This document shows positions 31,010 to 43,723 of a stretch of 50,533 bases of DNA, piece by piece; within the stretch, counting starts at the first letter, position 1, and every line of letters starts with the position of its first letter. The notes under the pieces are model-generated. The model did no database searches, was not told where the DNA came from, and worked only from the letters and a program-made list of their open reading frames with translations. The translations under genes were made by a program, and so were the position numbers. Source of the DNA: an uncultured Eubacterium sp. (lineage in GTDB: Bacteria; Bacillota; Clostridia; Lachnospirales; Lachnospiraceae); assembly GCA_964595785.1 (NCBI GenBank), contig CAZQRO010000001.1, forward strand, positions 1-50,533, in the 5' to 3' direction.

Positions 31010-31396
31010 TTAAATCAACTCTGAATCTTCTTCATCTGTATTAGAAGAACTATTGTCAGAATCATCAGTTTCCTCATCTTTGAATCCGGTTGTATCTATT
31101 GATACGTCTACGTTTACTTTATAATCAGTATCATCATTTTTCTCGGAATCTCTCGGAATAGATACATATTCTCTGTTAGAAGATGTCTTATTGTTCTTAT
31201 CATCTTTGTTAGAATAATCAAAATCATCCTCATCCGATTCATCATCAAAATCTTCATCTTCATCATCGAAATCAAGGAAATCATCATCGAAATCATCTGC
31301 TCCTGCTTTGTATTTGTTATAAAGAGCAATGCCTCCTGCTGCTATAGCACCTGCAACTGCAGTGAATATTAAAGCCTTACCAAGTTTTTTAGCCAT
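31010..31396 (-). CDS. Small membrane-anchored protein with Asp-rich tail
   Basis: SD AAAGGAG before ATG 31396. Hydrophobic N-terminus (ALIFTAVAGAIAAGGIALY) followed by a poly-D/F tract. Confidence 0.75.
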   Translation of the reverse strand: MAKKLGKALIFTAVAGAIAAGGIALYNKYKAGADDFDDDFLDFDDEDEDFDDESDEDDFDYSNKDDKNNKTSSNREYVSIPRDSEKNDDTDYKVNVDVSIDTTGFKDEETDDSDNSSSNTDEEDSELI

Positions 31397-31630
31397 GTTT
31401 AATACTCCTTTCAAATAATTATTTTATGTATATTGTAATACGTTTACACTGAAAAATAAAGGCTAAATAATAAAATTTTTGGAAAATTTATGTTACTTCT
31501 TGATAAATAATCTTTAAAATGATATTCTATCAGTGATTTGAACTTTTGAACCAGACATAAATATTAAAAATAAAGGTATTGATAAGTAGTAGTTTTTTTG
31601 AAAAATGGTTTTAGGAAGGATGAAATAAAA

Positions 31631-32422
31631 TTGAAAGATACAAAAGTAGTTTTTTTTGATATTGACGGGACTATATATTTATATGGTGAAGGAGTGCCGG
31701 AAGATACTTTAGAAGCCATAAGACAGTTAAGAAAAAATGGACATATTGCAGTATTGTGTACCGGCAGAACCACGGCTATGATTTTTCCGGAGATAACAGA
31801 TATTGGTTTTGATGGGATAATTGCAGGAGCAGGTACTTATGCAGAGTATAAAGGCAAAGAATTATATAGATATATTTTGCAGGAGGATATTGCGAAAGAA
31901 GTAATAAAAACCATGAGAGAATGTGGGATAATGGCTATACCTGAAGGAATAGAACATATTTATTTTGACAGTGATATGATGCCGGAAGAATATATACCCG
32001 TGTATCAATTGTACGAAAAATTAGTGGGAGATAATGTTATAAATATAAAAGATGCTGATGGGATTGTGGTGTCAAAGGTAAGCGGAACTGCTAATAAGAA
32101 TGCAGAACCGGAGATATTAAAACAGAAATTTGGTGACAGATTTACATTTGTGGAGCATCAGCAAAAATACATTGAGATGATACCGGAAGGTTATTCTAAG
32201 GCAGTTGGAATTGAAAGACTGATTAAACATTTAGATATTCCATTGGAAAATACGTATGCATTTGGTGATAGCATGAATGATTATGAGATGCTTAAATATG
32301 TAAAGTACGGGGTAGCCATGGGCAATGCCACAGAGGAATTTAAGAGTCAGATGGATTATGTTACAGAGGAATATAACAGAGGTGGAATCAGAAATGCATT
32401 ATCAAGGTTCGGATTGATTTAG
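31631..32422 (+). CDS. Cof-type HAD-IIB hydrolase (start uncertain, TTG 31631 or 31598)
   Basis: FFDIDGT, CTGR, SKAVGI, AFGDSMNDYEML, AMGNA. Confidence 0.9.
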   Translation: MKDTKVVFFDIDGTIYLYGEGVPEDTLEAIRQLRKNGHIAVLCTGRTTAMIFPEITDIGFDGIIAGAGTYAEYKGKELYRYILQEDIAKEVIKTMRECGIMAIPEGIEHIYFDSDMMPEEYIPVYQLYEKLVGDNVINIKDADGIVVSKVSGTANKNAEPEILKQKFGDRFTFVEHQQKYIEMIPEGYSKAVGIERLIKHLDIPLENTYAFGDSMNDYEMLKYVKYGVAMGNATEEFKSQMDYVTEEYNRGGIRNALSRFGLI

Positions 32423-32436
32423 AGAGCGAGGCACTA

Positions 32437-33315
32437 ATGAGAATAATATCAAAGGACAGGAATATAATATTAGAGGATGTTTTGGACTTTAATGTAGAGC
32501 AGACCTTAGAATGTGGGCAGTGCTTTCATTTTGAAAAAATAGGTGAAAATGAGTATGGAGTGGTAAGCGGAAAAAATCTATTACACATTAAGCAGGAGGG
32601 GGAAAGAATAGTATGCTTTAATACCGGAAAAGAAGTATTTGAAAAATTATGGCTTAAATATTTTGATTTAGACAGGGATTATGGAGAAATTAAAGATTAT
32701 CTTCTTAAAGCAGATGAACGGCTAAAACCGGCTATGACAGTTAATTATGGAGTGAGAATTCTTAATCAGGAATTTGAAGAGACATTAATGTCATTTACAA
32801 TTTCACAGAATAAACAGATACCTCATATTAAGAAAATCGTAAAAGATATTTCTGGAAAATTTGGAGAATATTTAGGTGAAATAAAAGGAACCAAATTTTA
32901 TTCATATCCCGATAAAACAGCACTTGAATCTATTTCAGAGGAAGATTATAAGGAATGTAAAACCGGATTCAGAGCATCATATTTAGACAGTGCAGCCAAA
33001 CGTGTAATAAGTGATGTGAATTTTACCGGTGAAGAATTAAGAAGAATGTCATACGAGGAAGCAAAAGCAGAATTGATAAAGATAAAGGGCGTGGGGGAGA
33101 AAGTTGCAAATTGTGTGCTTTTATTTTCATTGGGATTTCGAAATGCATTTCCGGTAGATGTGTGGATAAAAAGAATAATGGAATTTATGTATTTTGAAAA
33201 GGAGACATCTAATAATGATATAATGGAATTTGCTAAAGAAAAGTTTGGTGAATATGGCGGGTATGCCCAGCAATATTTATTCTATTATGCAAGAGAGAAT
33301 GGTCTTGGAAAATAA
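32437..33315 (+). CDS. ogg: 8-oxoguanine DNA glycosylase
   Basis: TLECGQCF, ISQN, GFRA.Y, HhH-GPD motif IKGVGEKVANCVLLF...FPVDVW, GYAQQYLF. Confidence 0.9.
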   Translation: MRIISKDRNIILEDVLDFNVEQTLECGQCFHFEKIGENEYGVVSGKNLLHIKQEGERIVCFNTGKEVFEKLWLKYFDLDRDYGEIKDYLLKADERLKPAMTVNYGVRILNQEFEETLMSFTISQNKQIPHIKKIVKDISGKFGEYLGEIKGTKFYSYPDKTALESISEEDYKECKTGFRASYLDSAAKRVISDVNFTGEELRRMSYEEAKAELIKIKGVGEKVANCVLLFSLGFRNAFPVDVWIKRIMEFMYFEKETSNNDIMEFAKEKFGEYGGYAQQYLFYYARENGLGK

Positions 33316-33561
33316 ATTGAGGGTCAGACAAAAACAGCATATTTATTTGAGCAGTATTGCATACGCAGGTTTATATGCGCAGGGCTTAGAGTCTTATATA
33401 TGAGACTTGCAAAAATACCTACACTACGGAAAGAAAAATGAAAAAGCAAGAAAATGGAAGAAAATAGAATAAAAGCAAAGGAAATAAAAGATATAAAGAA
33501 AAATAGAGAGATTATTAAACTTGCAGAATAGTTGCAATGGAATTAATATAATAAACATGAA

Positions 33562-33588
33562 TTAGCACTCGATAATAAAGAGTGCTAA
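33562..33588 (+). promoter_or_regulatory. CIRCE element (HrcA operator)
   Basis: Exact TTAGCACTC-N9-GAGTGCTAA upstream of groES. Confidence 0.97.
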
Positions 33589-33639
33589 TAATTCAAAAAA
33601 TAAAGCAGATTGCCCTGATGGCAGAATGGAGGAATCATA

Positions 33640-35561
<1,922 letters not shown>

Positions 35562-35564
<3 letters not shown>

Positions 35565-35860
35565 CACATCGGAAGAAAATCAAGCGCCACCGAAGGTGGC
35601 ATTTGATTTTACCCGATGTGTTATCGAGAAAACGAGTCACGAAGTGACAGTTGAGCGTGGGAGACGCGGGTTTTCTAGATAGTCAGTCAAAGTGAAAATA
35701 AGTTAAAAAAGGAAGAAAATCAAGCGCCACCGAAGGTGGCATTTGATTTTACCCGATGTGTTATCGAGAAAACGAGTCACGAAGTGACAGTTGAGCGTGG
35801 GAGACGCGGGTTTTCGAGATAGTGAAAAGGAAGCGTCTGCGAATCAGACATTTACTTTTC
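35562..35860. repeat. Tandemly duplicated multi-hairpin module downstream of groEL
   Basis: 35571-35683 matches 35711-35823 (113 bp, 1 mismatch, period 140). Hairpins GCCACC-GAA-GGTGGC and GTCAC-GAA-GTGAC. A diverged third hairpin lies at 35824-35860. Confidence 0.9.
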
Positions 35861-35912
35861 GAACGGTAAGTTAGCGACAGAACGAAGTTATAGAGATATA
35901 TTTATACAATAT

Positions 35913-35987
35913 AAAAAGACTGTTATTTCAATCAAATTAAACTGTTTCCCATCAAGCAGAAAATTGTTGAAGTGACAGTCTTTTTTT
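35913..35987 (+). terminator. Probable groESL terminator
   Basis: AAAAAGACTGTTATTTCAA / TTGAAGTGACAGTCTTTTT followed by a T run. Confidence 0.65.
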
Positions 35988-36128
35988 AACCTGAAATGAT
36001 ACTTTCGTTCATATTAACGTTTAAACATCGAAAAAACTGACAGAACTATGATTACAATCACTATTTGATTTATTTCAATTTTTTGCTATAATATGGTTAC
36101 ATAATTTTAAGGAGCAGGAATAAACATT

Positions 36129-37202
36129 ATGGAAAAAATATCAGAAATAATAGAAAACTGTTATGCCATATGTGACAAATATCAGCAGATGTCTTTAGAA
36201 CTTAAAGATGTAGACCTTAGGAACGTATTTATTGTTGAGATGCTTAAAATGGGATATCTTGTGGCAGCAACAGATGGCAAAATTGACAGTGCGGAGTTAT
36301 CTACACTTTGCGATACACTGAAAGTTGTTGTAAATGAAGAGGTGTTACAGAAAAATTACTATGAAGACTGTATGACAGAAGATAATTTTATGACCAGAGA
36401 GCCGGATATCATAAAGTATATTACAAAATATGAGCAGAAAAAGTCAGATGGCATGGCATCATTTTTACCGGATTCAAGAGAAATATATAAGGCATTTAAA
36501 CAATTTGGACAAATTATGGTAATATGTAATGGTTATAGAATGACTATGGAGGTAAGGCTGCTCGACCGATTTTTGACTTCCATGATTAATTACATAATAA
36601 GTAAAGAGAGTGGAAATGGATTTAACACTGAACCATTGCCGGAGATGAGTGACAATGCGGATTTTTCCGTTAATGAGATTGGCGATATGGAACAGATGAA
36701 TGAGGTTTTAAAGGAAGTAGACAGTCTTATTGGTCTTAGTGGCGTAAAACAGGAAGTTCATAATATTGTTAATTTGTTAATGGTTAGAAAAATGCGTGAA
36801 CAAAGGGGATATAAACAGCCATCACTTGCTATGCATCTTGTATTTACAGGTAATCCCGGAACGGGTAAAACTACTATTGCAAGAAAACTCGCAAAGATAT
36901 ATAAATATCTTGGAATACTGCAAAATGGGCAGCTTATAGAGACAGACCGTTCAGGAATGGTGGCAGGATATATGGGACAGACTGCTGAAAAAGTAAAGGA
37001 ACTGGCAAAGAGTGCCTATGGAGGAATATTATTTATAGATGAGGCATATACACTGTCTTCAGCAGGCGGGAATGGCGATTTTGGGCTTTTCACTCCCTGC
37101 AAAGGGAGGCGTGACAGTGAATATCATTACTTCGGTTCTCTGCATAATAGTTGGTGTCTGGGGAGCAATACTTTCAATAGGGTTATTTTCAAAAGTAAAT
37201 GA
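36129..37202 (+). pseudogene. TerB-like N-terminus plus SpoVK/CbxX-type AAA ATPase, truncated after Walker B
   Basis: AATDGKIDSAE (TerB-like), LIGLSGVKQEV, HLVFTGNPGTGKTTIAR, GYMGQTAEK, GGILFIDEAY..DFG. Family similarity stops at ~37085; the sensor, Arg-finger and lid regions are missing. Confidence 0.75.
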
Positions 37203-37353
37203 ATTCATTAATGGCAGTATGGGCTTCTATGATAGAGAAGATGCAGAAAATTTAGCAATAGGGCTTATATTTTTCTGCGTAGTCGGACTTATATTGCAGT
37301 TTATATCAATCGTTATATCTATGATTGGTGCTACAAGAAGAAAAGAATTTTAG
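37086..37353 (+). pseudogene. 3' remnant of a membrane-protein gene
   Basis: Two hydrophobic helices and a basic tail (ATRRKEF) in a different frame. Begins at the point where AAA similarity ends, with no convincing start of its own. Confidence 0.5.
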
Positions 37354-37457
37354 GATAAAGTTAATTGGTTTAAAAATTAAAAATCTTTTATTTCAGGCAC
37401 AGGGTGTCAAAAAATATTTTTATATAAGACTAAGCATATATTAAAAAAGTCAGGCAG

Positions 37458-37519
37458 AGTGCTGACAAATTATGAATGTCATTTAATTAAGGCAGTCATA
37501 AATTTGTCAGTACTTTTTT
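37458..37519 (+). terminator. Intrinsic terminator
   Basis: AGTGCTGACAAATTATGA / TCATAAATTTGTCAGTACT followed by TTTTT. Confidence 0.75.
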
Positions 37520-37608
37520 GACTATATGTAATGAAATTTGATAGTATTTGTGCTAAAATGTAAATAACGTTTTAGAAATGTGGATTATGGAATAAATGGA
37601 GGAAAACA

Positions 37609-40600
37609 ATGGGCTTTACTCATTTACATGTACATACGGAATTCAGTCTTTTAGATGGTTCCTGTAAGATAAAAGAGATAGTTGCAAGAGCAAAAGAATT
37701 AGGAATGGACAGCCTTGCCATAACTGACCATGGTGTTATGTATGGTGCAATCGATTTCTATAAAGCGGCAAAAGAAGTTGGAATAAAGCCGATTATAGGC
37801 TGCGAGGTCTATGTGGCTCCGGGTTCTAGATTTAATAAAGAAGCTGGTCAGAGTGAAGATAAATATCACCATCTGGTGTTATTGGCTGAAAATAATCAGG
37901 GATATGCTAACTTAATGAAGATAGTTTCAAAAGGATTTATAGATGGCTTTTATTATAAACCAAGAGTCGATTATGAAGTTTTAAGAGAATATCACGAGGG
38001 TATAATTGCTTTAAGTGCCTGCTTGGCAGGAGAAGTGCAGAGATATCTTGCGAGAGGTTTTTATGAAGAAGGCAAGAAGTCAGCACTTATGTACCAGGAT
38101 ATTTTTGGCAAAGGAAATTATTTCTTAGAACTTCAGGACCATGGAATACCGGAACAGAAGATGGTAAATAACAGTTTACTCAGAATGAGCAAAGAATTAG
38201 ATATAGAACTTGTAGCAACTAACGATGTACATTATATTAATGCTGAAGATGCAGTGGCACATGATATTTTGCTCTGCATTCAGACAAGCAAAAAGGTGTC
38301 CGATGAAGACAGAATGCGTTACGAAGGCGGACAATTCTATTTAAAATCTGAAGATGAGATGAAGACACTTTTTCCATATGCACTTCAGGCATTAGAAAAC
38401 ACTCATAAGATTGCAGAAAGATGTAATGTTGACATAGAATTTGGTGTTACCAAACTTCCAAGATATGATGTACCTGATGGCTATACATCATGGGAATATC
38501 TTAACTATCTCTGTACAAGAGGTCTTAATGATAAATATCCTGAAGATGACGGAACACTGAGAGAGAGATTAGACTATGAATTAGGTGTTATTAATAAAAT
38601 GGGATATGTGGATTATTTCCTTATTGTGTGGGATTTTATTAATTTTGCTAAAAGTAACAGCATTATAGTTGGTCCGGGAAGAGGTTCGGCAGCCGGAAGT
38701 ATTGTTTCATATTGTCTTGGCATAACTGACATTGACCCGATAAAGTATGATTTGCTTTTTGAACGTTTCCTCAATCCGGAACGTGTATCAATGCCTGATA
38801 TTGATATAGATTTCTGTTATGAGAGAAGACAGGAAGTAATAGATTATGTTGTTGAAAAATATGGCAAAGACAGGGTGGTTCAGATAGTAACATTCGGAAC
38901 ACTTGCTGCTAGAAATGTTATAAGAGATGTGGGAAGAGCATTAGACCTTCCTTATGCAACTGTGGATGAAGTGGCAAAAATGATTCCTAAAGACTTAGGA
39001 ATAACAATAGAAAAGGCACTTAATCAAAGTAATGATTTCAGAAATCTGTATAACAGCAATGAAGAAGTAAAGAATCTCATTAATATGGCAAAGAGATTAG
39101 AGGGACTTCCAAGACATACCTCAATGCATGCGGCAGGAGTTGTTATCAGCCAGAAATCAGTAGATGAGTATGTACCGCTTTCAAGAGCATCAGATGGCTC
39201 GGTAACTACCCAGTATATTATGACAACACTTGAAGAATTAGGACTTCTCAAGATGGATTTTCTTGGACTTAGAACACTTACCGTTATTCAGAATGCAGTA
39301 AGATATGCTGAGAAATCCATTGGAGAACCATTTGACATTAACAAGATAGACTATAATGACAAAAAAGTATTAAACTATATTGGAACAGGTAAAACAGATG
39401 GAATATTCCAGTTAGAAAGTCCGGGAATGAAGAACTTTATGAAGGAATTAAAACCGCAGAATTTAGAAGATATAATTGCCGGAATATCTCTTTACAGGCC
39501 AGGTCCGATGGATTTTATTCCTAAGTATCTCGAAGGAAAAAATAATCCGGAGAATATAACATATGACTGCCCTCAGTTAGAGAAAATATTAAAACCTACA
39601 TATGGCTGTATCGTATATCAGGAACAGGTTATGCAGATAGTAAGGGAATTAGCAGGATATACATTAGGAAGAAGTGACTTAGTAAGAAGAGCCATGTCAA
39701 AGAAGAAACAGAGTGTCATGGAAAAAGAACAGCATAATTTCGTATATGGTAATCCTGAAGAAAATGTTAAAGGCTGCATAGCTAATGGAATAGATGAACA
39801 GATAGCACTAAAGATTTATAATGATATGATGGATTTCGCCAAGTATGCATTTAATAAGTCGCATGCGGCAGCTTATGCAGTAGTGTCATACCAGACCGCA
39901 TTTTTAAAATATTATTATCCTGTGGAATATATGGCGGCTCTAATGACATCTGTAATTGAAAACAGTACAAAAGTTTCAGAATATATTGTTACAAGCAGAA
40001 CGATGGGAATAAGACTGCTCCCACCGGATATTAATGAAGGTGAAAGTGGATTTTCAGTAAAAGGAAATAGCATTGTATATGGTCTTAGTGCCATAAAAAG
40101 CATTGGTAAATCCGTAATAGATTCAATCGTTGAAGAAAGGGAGAAGAACGGAAGATTTACAAGTATGAAAGATTTTGCTGAAAGACTTTCAGGAAAGGAA
40201 GTTAATAAGCGAACAATAGAAAACTTTATAAAAGCCGGAGCATTTGACAGCATGGAAGGTAACAGAAGGCAGCTTATGGCTGTATACTCAGCAGTTATTG
40301 ACCGGGTAAATGAGGAAAAGAAGAAGTCTATAACAGGTCAGATGAGTTTATTTGATTTAGTACCTGATGAACAAAAGGCAGAATATGAAGTGCAGCTTCC
40401 TAATTTAGATGAATATTCTAAAGAAGAGAAATTAGCATTTGAAAAGGAAGTACTTGGGGTGTATATATCAGGACATCCTTTGGAAACCTATGAAGAGAAG
40501 TGGAGAAAAAATGTCAAATCATTCACTAAAGATTTTATATTGGACGAAGAAGGAAATACGGTCGCTGTTGATAATACATTTACAGTGGTGGGAGGAATGA

Positions 40601-41076
40601 TTGAAAATATTACTCTCAAAACTACAAGGACAGGCAAGACAATGGCATTTATCACATTGGAAGATTTGTATGGGACCTTGGAGATATTAGTATTTCCAAA
40701 TGTCTTTGAAAGATACAGATATATGATAAAAGAAAATGAAAAAATATTTGTAAGAGGCAAAATTTCAATTGGAGATGATGACCAGGGGAAATTAATCTGT
40801 GACCGAATAATAAGTTTTGACCAGGTTCCAAGGGAATTGTGGATTCAATTTAACAGTAAACAGGAATATACAGATAAAGAGCCGGAATTACTGAATCTGA
40901 TAAAAGACAGTGATGGAGATGATACAATTATTATATATTGCAGGGCTGAAAAAATTAAAAAAGCTTATCCTAAAAATATGAGGGTGTGTGCTGATAAAAA
41001 TCTTGTGGATAATTTGACAGGCATATATGGCGCAGACAATGTCAAAGTTGTGGAAAAAAGCATTGAAATAGCATAA
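37609..41076 (+). CDS. dnaE: DNA polymerase III alpha subunit
   Basis: PHP domain (HLHVHTEFSLLDG, ITDHG), GPGRGSAAGS, PDIDIDF, YAFNKSHAAAY, OB fold. Confidence 0.98.
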   Translation: MGFTHLHVHTEFSLLDGSCKIKEIVARAKELGMDSLAITDHGVMYGAIDFYKAAKEVGIKPIIGCEVYVAPGSRFNKEAGQSEDKYHHLVLLAENNQGYANLMKIVSKGFIDGFYYKPRVDYEVLREYHEGIIALSACLAGEVQRYLARGFYEEGKKSALMYQDIFGKGNYFLELQDHGIPEQKMVNNSLLRMSKELDIELVATNDVHYINAEDAVAHDILLCIQTSKKVSDEDRMRYEGGQFYLKSEDEMKTLFPYALQALENTHKIAERCNVDIEFGVTKLPRYDVPDGYTSWEYLNYLCTRGLNDKYPEDDGTLRERLDYELGVINKMGYVDYFLIVWDFINFAKSNSIIVGPGRGSAAGSIVSYCLGITDIDPIKYDLLFERFLNPERVSMPDIDIDFCYERRQEVIDYVVEKYGKDRVVQIVTFGTLAARNVIRDVGRALDLPYATVDEVAKMIPKDLGITIEKALNQSNDFRNLYNSNEEVKNLINMAKRLEGLPRHTSMHAAGVVISQKSVDEYVPLSRASDGSVTTQYIMTTLEELGLLKMDFLGLRTLTVIQNAVRYAEKSIGEPFDINKIDYNDKKVLNYIGTGKTDGIFQLESPGMKNFMKELKPQNLEDIIAGISLYRPGPMDFIPKYLEGKNNPENITYDCPQLEKILKPTYGCIVYQEQVMQIVRELAGYTLGRSDLVRRAMSKKKQSVMEKEQHNFVYGNPEENVKGCIANGIDEQIALKIYNDMMDFAKYAFNKSHAAAYAVVSYQTAFLKYYYPVEYMAALMTSVIENSTKVSEYIVTSRTMGIRLLPPDINEGESGFSVKGNSIVYGLSAIKSIGKSVIDSIVEEREKNGRFTSMKDFAERLSGKEVNKRTIENFIKAGAFDSMEGNRRQLMAVYSAVIDRVNEEKKKSITGQMSLFDLVPDEQKAEYEVQLPNLDEYSKEEKLAFEKEVLGVYISGHPLETYEEKWRKNVKSFTKDFILDEEGNTVAVDNTFTVVGGMIENITLKTTRTGKTMAFITLEDLYGTLEILVFPNVFERYRYMIKENEKIFVRGKISIGDDDQGKLICDRIISFDQVPRELWIQFNSKQEYTDKEPELLNLIKDSDGDDTIIIYCRAEKIKKAYPKNMRVCADKNLVDNLTGIYGADNVKVVEKSIEIA

Positions 41077-41183
41077 GAAATGAATTACAATATAGTCTGA
41101 TGTTTGCTTTTGCAGACCATGTGATTTGTGTAATGTGAAAATAGAAAATAAAATAAAAGAATTTTTTGAAAATGGAGGATTTT

Positions 41184-42158
41184 ATGGATAATCAGGTAAA
41201 GACAATCGGTGTACTTACAAGTGGAGGAGATGCTCCGGGAATGAATGCTGCCATAAGAGCAGTAGTAAGGACAGCAATTTCAAAAGGACTTAAAGTTAAA
41301 GGAATTATGAGAGGCTATGCAGGCCTTCTTAACGAAGAAATAGTTGATATGGATACAAAGAGTGTTGCAGATATTATTCAGAGAGGCGGTACAATTTTAT
41401 ACACTGCTAGATGTGAAGAAATCAGGACAGCTGAGGGACAGCACAGAGGTGCAGAAATCTGTAAGAAACATGGTATAGATGGACTAGTTGTAATCGGTGG
41501 TGACGGCTCATTCCAGGGAGCGCAGAAATTATCCCATCTGGGAATTAATACTATTGGTGTACCGGGAACAATTGATTTAGATATTGCATGTACAGATTAT
41601 ACGATTGGTTTTGATACAGCCGTTAATACGGCGATGGAAGCAATTGATAAGATTAGAGATACATCTACATCTCATGAAAGATGCAGTGTTATTGAAGTAA
41701 TGGGACGTCATGCAGGATATATAGCTTTATGGTGTGGTATAGCAAACGGTGCAGAAGATATACTGTTACCTGAGAGATATACTGGAAATGAAGATAAATT
41801 AATAGAGCATATTAAAGAAACTAAGAAAAAAGGAAAGAAACACCATATTGTAATTAATGCAGAGGGTATTGGTGATTCACAGGCAATGGCTAATAGAATT
41901 CAAGAAGAAACAGGAATGGAGACTCGTGCAACAATCTTAGGACATATGCAGCGTGGAGGAAGTCCGACATGTAAAGACAGAGTATATGCTTCTATTATGG
42001 GTGCATATGCGGTGGATTTACTTTGTGAAGGTAAGAGTGACAGAGTTGTGGCATATTCTCATGGTGAGTATGTCGATTATGAAATAGATGAAGCATTGGC
42101 AATGACTAAGGATATTGATGAATATCAGTTCAGTGTCAGCAGACATCTTGCAAGATAA
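41184..42158 (+). CDS. pfkA: ATP-dependent 6-phosphofructokinase
   Basis: TSGGDAPGMN, GGDGS, PGTID, EVMGR, LGHMQRGG. dnaE-pfkA synteny. SD GGAGGA before ATG 41184. Confidence 0.97.
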   Translation: MDNQVKTIGVLTSGGDAPGMNAAIRAVVRTAISKGLKVKGIMRGYAGLLNEEIVDMDTKSVADIIQRGGTILYTARCEEIRTAEGQHRGAEICKKHGIDGLVVIGGDGSFQGAQKLSHLGINTIGVPGTIDLDIACTDYTIGFDTAVNTAMEAIDKIRDTSTSHERCSVIEVMGRHAGYIALWCGIANGAEDILLPERYTGNEDKLIEHIKETKKKGKKHHIVINAEGIGDSQAMANRIQEETGMETRATILGHMQRGGSPTCKDRVYASIMGAYAVDLLCEGKSDRVVAYSHGEYVDYEIDEALAMTKDIDEYQFSVSRHLAR

Positions 42159-42160
42159 TA

Positions 42161-42949
42161 GTGAGTATGATTAGTTCAACAGCAAATCCGCAGATAAAAA
42201 ATATTATTAAACTTCAGACACAGGCTAAGGCAAGAAGTAAGGCAGGTCAGTTTGTGGCAGAAGGCATTAGAATGTTTATGGAGATACCGGAAGAAAGAAT
42301 AGATAAAATCTATGTTTCAGAGAGTTTCTTCAATAGCGCAGATACTTCAGTAAAAAACAAAATAGATAATAATGACAGTGAAGTGGTGGAGAATAACGTT
42401 TTTAGGCAGATATCAGACACAGTAACCCCACAGGGAATATTAGTCGTAGTCAGAAAGAATGAAGTGAAATTAGAAGATATATTAGGTAAGAAAACATATC
42501 TTATTCTTGAGAATATACAGGATCCTGGAAATCTTGGAACAATGTTAAGAACAGCAGAAGGTGCAGGTGTCTCAGGTATATTAATGAATAAAGGAACAGT
42601 AGACATTTATAATCCGAAGGTAGTACGTTCTACAATGGGAGCAATATTCAGAGTGCCATTTCTGTATTGCGAAGATATACTCGGTTCAGTAGAAAAACTG
42701 AAAAGCAGCGGTGTCAGAACGTATGCAGCAGCTTTGAATGGCAAATGTAATTATTCAGAACCTGATTATACTGTACCATCAGCATTTTTTATTGGGAATG
42801 AAGGAAATGGATTAACAGATGAGTTAATGGCAGTGGCAGATGCGTTAATTAAGATACCGATGCTTGGCAAGGTGGAGTCTCTTAATGCAGCTAATGCAGC
42901 AAGTATACTTATGTATGAATCATTTAGGCAGCGAGGTTTCAAACTATAG
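42161..42949 (+). CDS. TrmH/SpoU family RNA methyltransferase
   Basis: QDPGNLGTMLRTA, GNEGNGL, IPM.GKVESLN. Confidence 0.92.
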   Translation: MSMISSTANPQIKNIIKLQTQAKARSKAGQFVAEGIRMFMEIPEERIDKIYVSESFFNSADTSVKNKIDNNDSEVVENNVFRQISDTVTPQGILVVVRKNEVKLEDILGKKTYLILENIQDPGNLGTMLRTAEGAGVSGILMNKGTVDIYNPKVVRSTMGAIFRVPFLYCEDILGSVEKLKSSGVRTYAAALNGKCNYSEPDYTVPSAFFIGNEGNGLTDELMAVADALIKIPMLGKVESLNAANAASILMYESFRQRGFKL

Positions 42950-42980
42950 AAAAATGGAAGGTAAGGTTATCTTACACAAC

Positions 42981-43020
42981 AAAAAATGCTTACTTCAAAC
43001 ATACGAAGTAAGCATTTTTT
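42981..43020. terminator. Bidirectional terminator
   Basis: AAAAAATGCTTACTTC / GAAGTAAGCATTTTTT between convergent genes. Confidence 0.85.
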
Positions 43021-43037
43021 CACTATGTACTACAAAA

Positions 43038-43499
43038 TTAAAGTTCTACAAAATAATCGCCATTTGATAAACTGTTAATAACAAAATATGCTCTGTTTTC
43101 CTCAGGTTTAATATAAATTTCAATTGTCTTAATCTCTTCAAGTTTGCCCTGAAATTTTTCAACCCATACTTTCTTAACAGTTTCAAGAATATTAGAAGCA
43201 ACTACTTCTTTTCCGCCAAACTGAAGAATGTAAGTTGCTGTAACTGCAACATCTGCTTTCTTAATAGTCTTTTTAGTGGTAGTAGTAACTTCCTTAGTAG
43301 CTGGCTTTTTAGCAGCTGTTTTCTTTTCTGCAGGTTCTGCAGTTTTGGTAACAGCCTTTGGTCCAGCGACCTTTGTCTCAACAGATTTTTGAACTGTTGT
43401 CTTTGTTTCTGTAGTAGCATCTACAGCAGCGGCTTTGCTGTTAACTGGAGTTACAATAGCCTTAGTATCTGCTGTACTTGTTTTAGATTTAGTTGCCAT
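43038..43499 (-). CDS. DUF6465-like protein with K/A/T-rich N-terminus
   Basis: SD AAGGAGG. Low-complexity AEKKTAAKKPA region, C-terminal LQFGGKE...IYIKPEENRAYFVIN. Confidence 0.75.
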   Translation of the reverse strand: MATKSKTSTADTKAIVTPVNSKAAAVDATTETKTTVQKSVETKVAGPKAVTKTAEPAEKKTAAKKPATKEVTTTTKKTIKKADVAVTATYILQFGGKEVVASNILETVKKVWVEKFQGKLEEIKTIEIYIKPEENRAYFVINSLSNGDYFVEL

Positions 43500-43689
43500 A
43501 ATACTTTATTCCTCCTTAATTTCGGATAACTCCTATGAGAATAATAACCCTTTATTACAGATTTTGCAATATCTTATCTTTTTTTTATGAAATTTACATA
43601 AACATCATAGCGAATGTTGTCAAAATTATACTAAATAGACAAACAAAAATATAAATTCTGCTTGAAAAATAAGGGAGAAACACAAAAAC

Positions 43690-43718
43690 TTGACAAATGT
43701 CATTTAGTCTGATAGAAT
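43690..43718 (+). promoter_or_regulatory. Sigma-A promoter of the cell wall hydrolase gene
   Basis: TTGACA-17 nt-TAGAAT with extended -10 TG. Confidence 0.65.
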
Positions 43719-43723
43719 ACTTT

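Noticed and set aside
35571-35823. CRISPR array
   Set aside because: Only two 113-bp units separated by one 27-bp gap. Repeat length and internal structure do not fit, and there are no cas genes.
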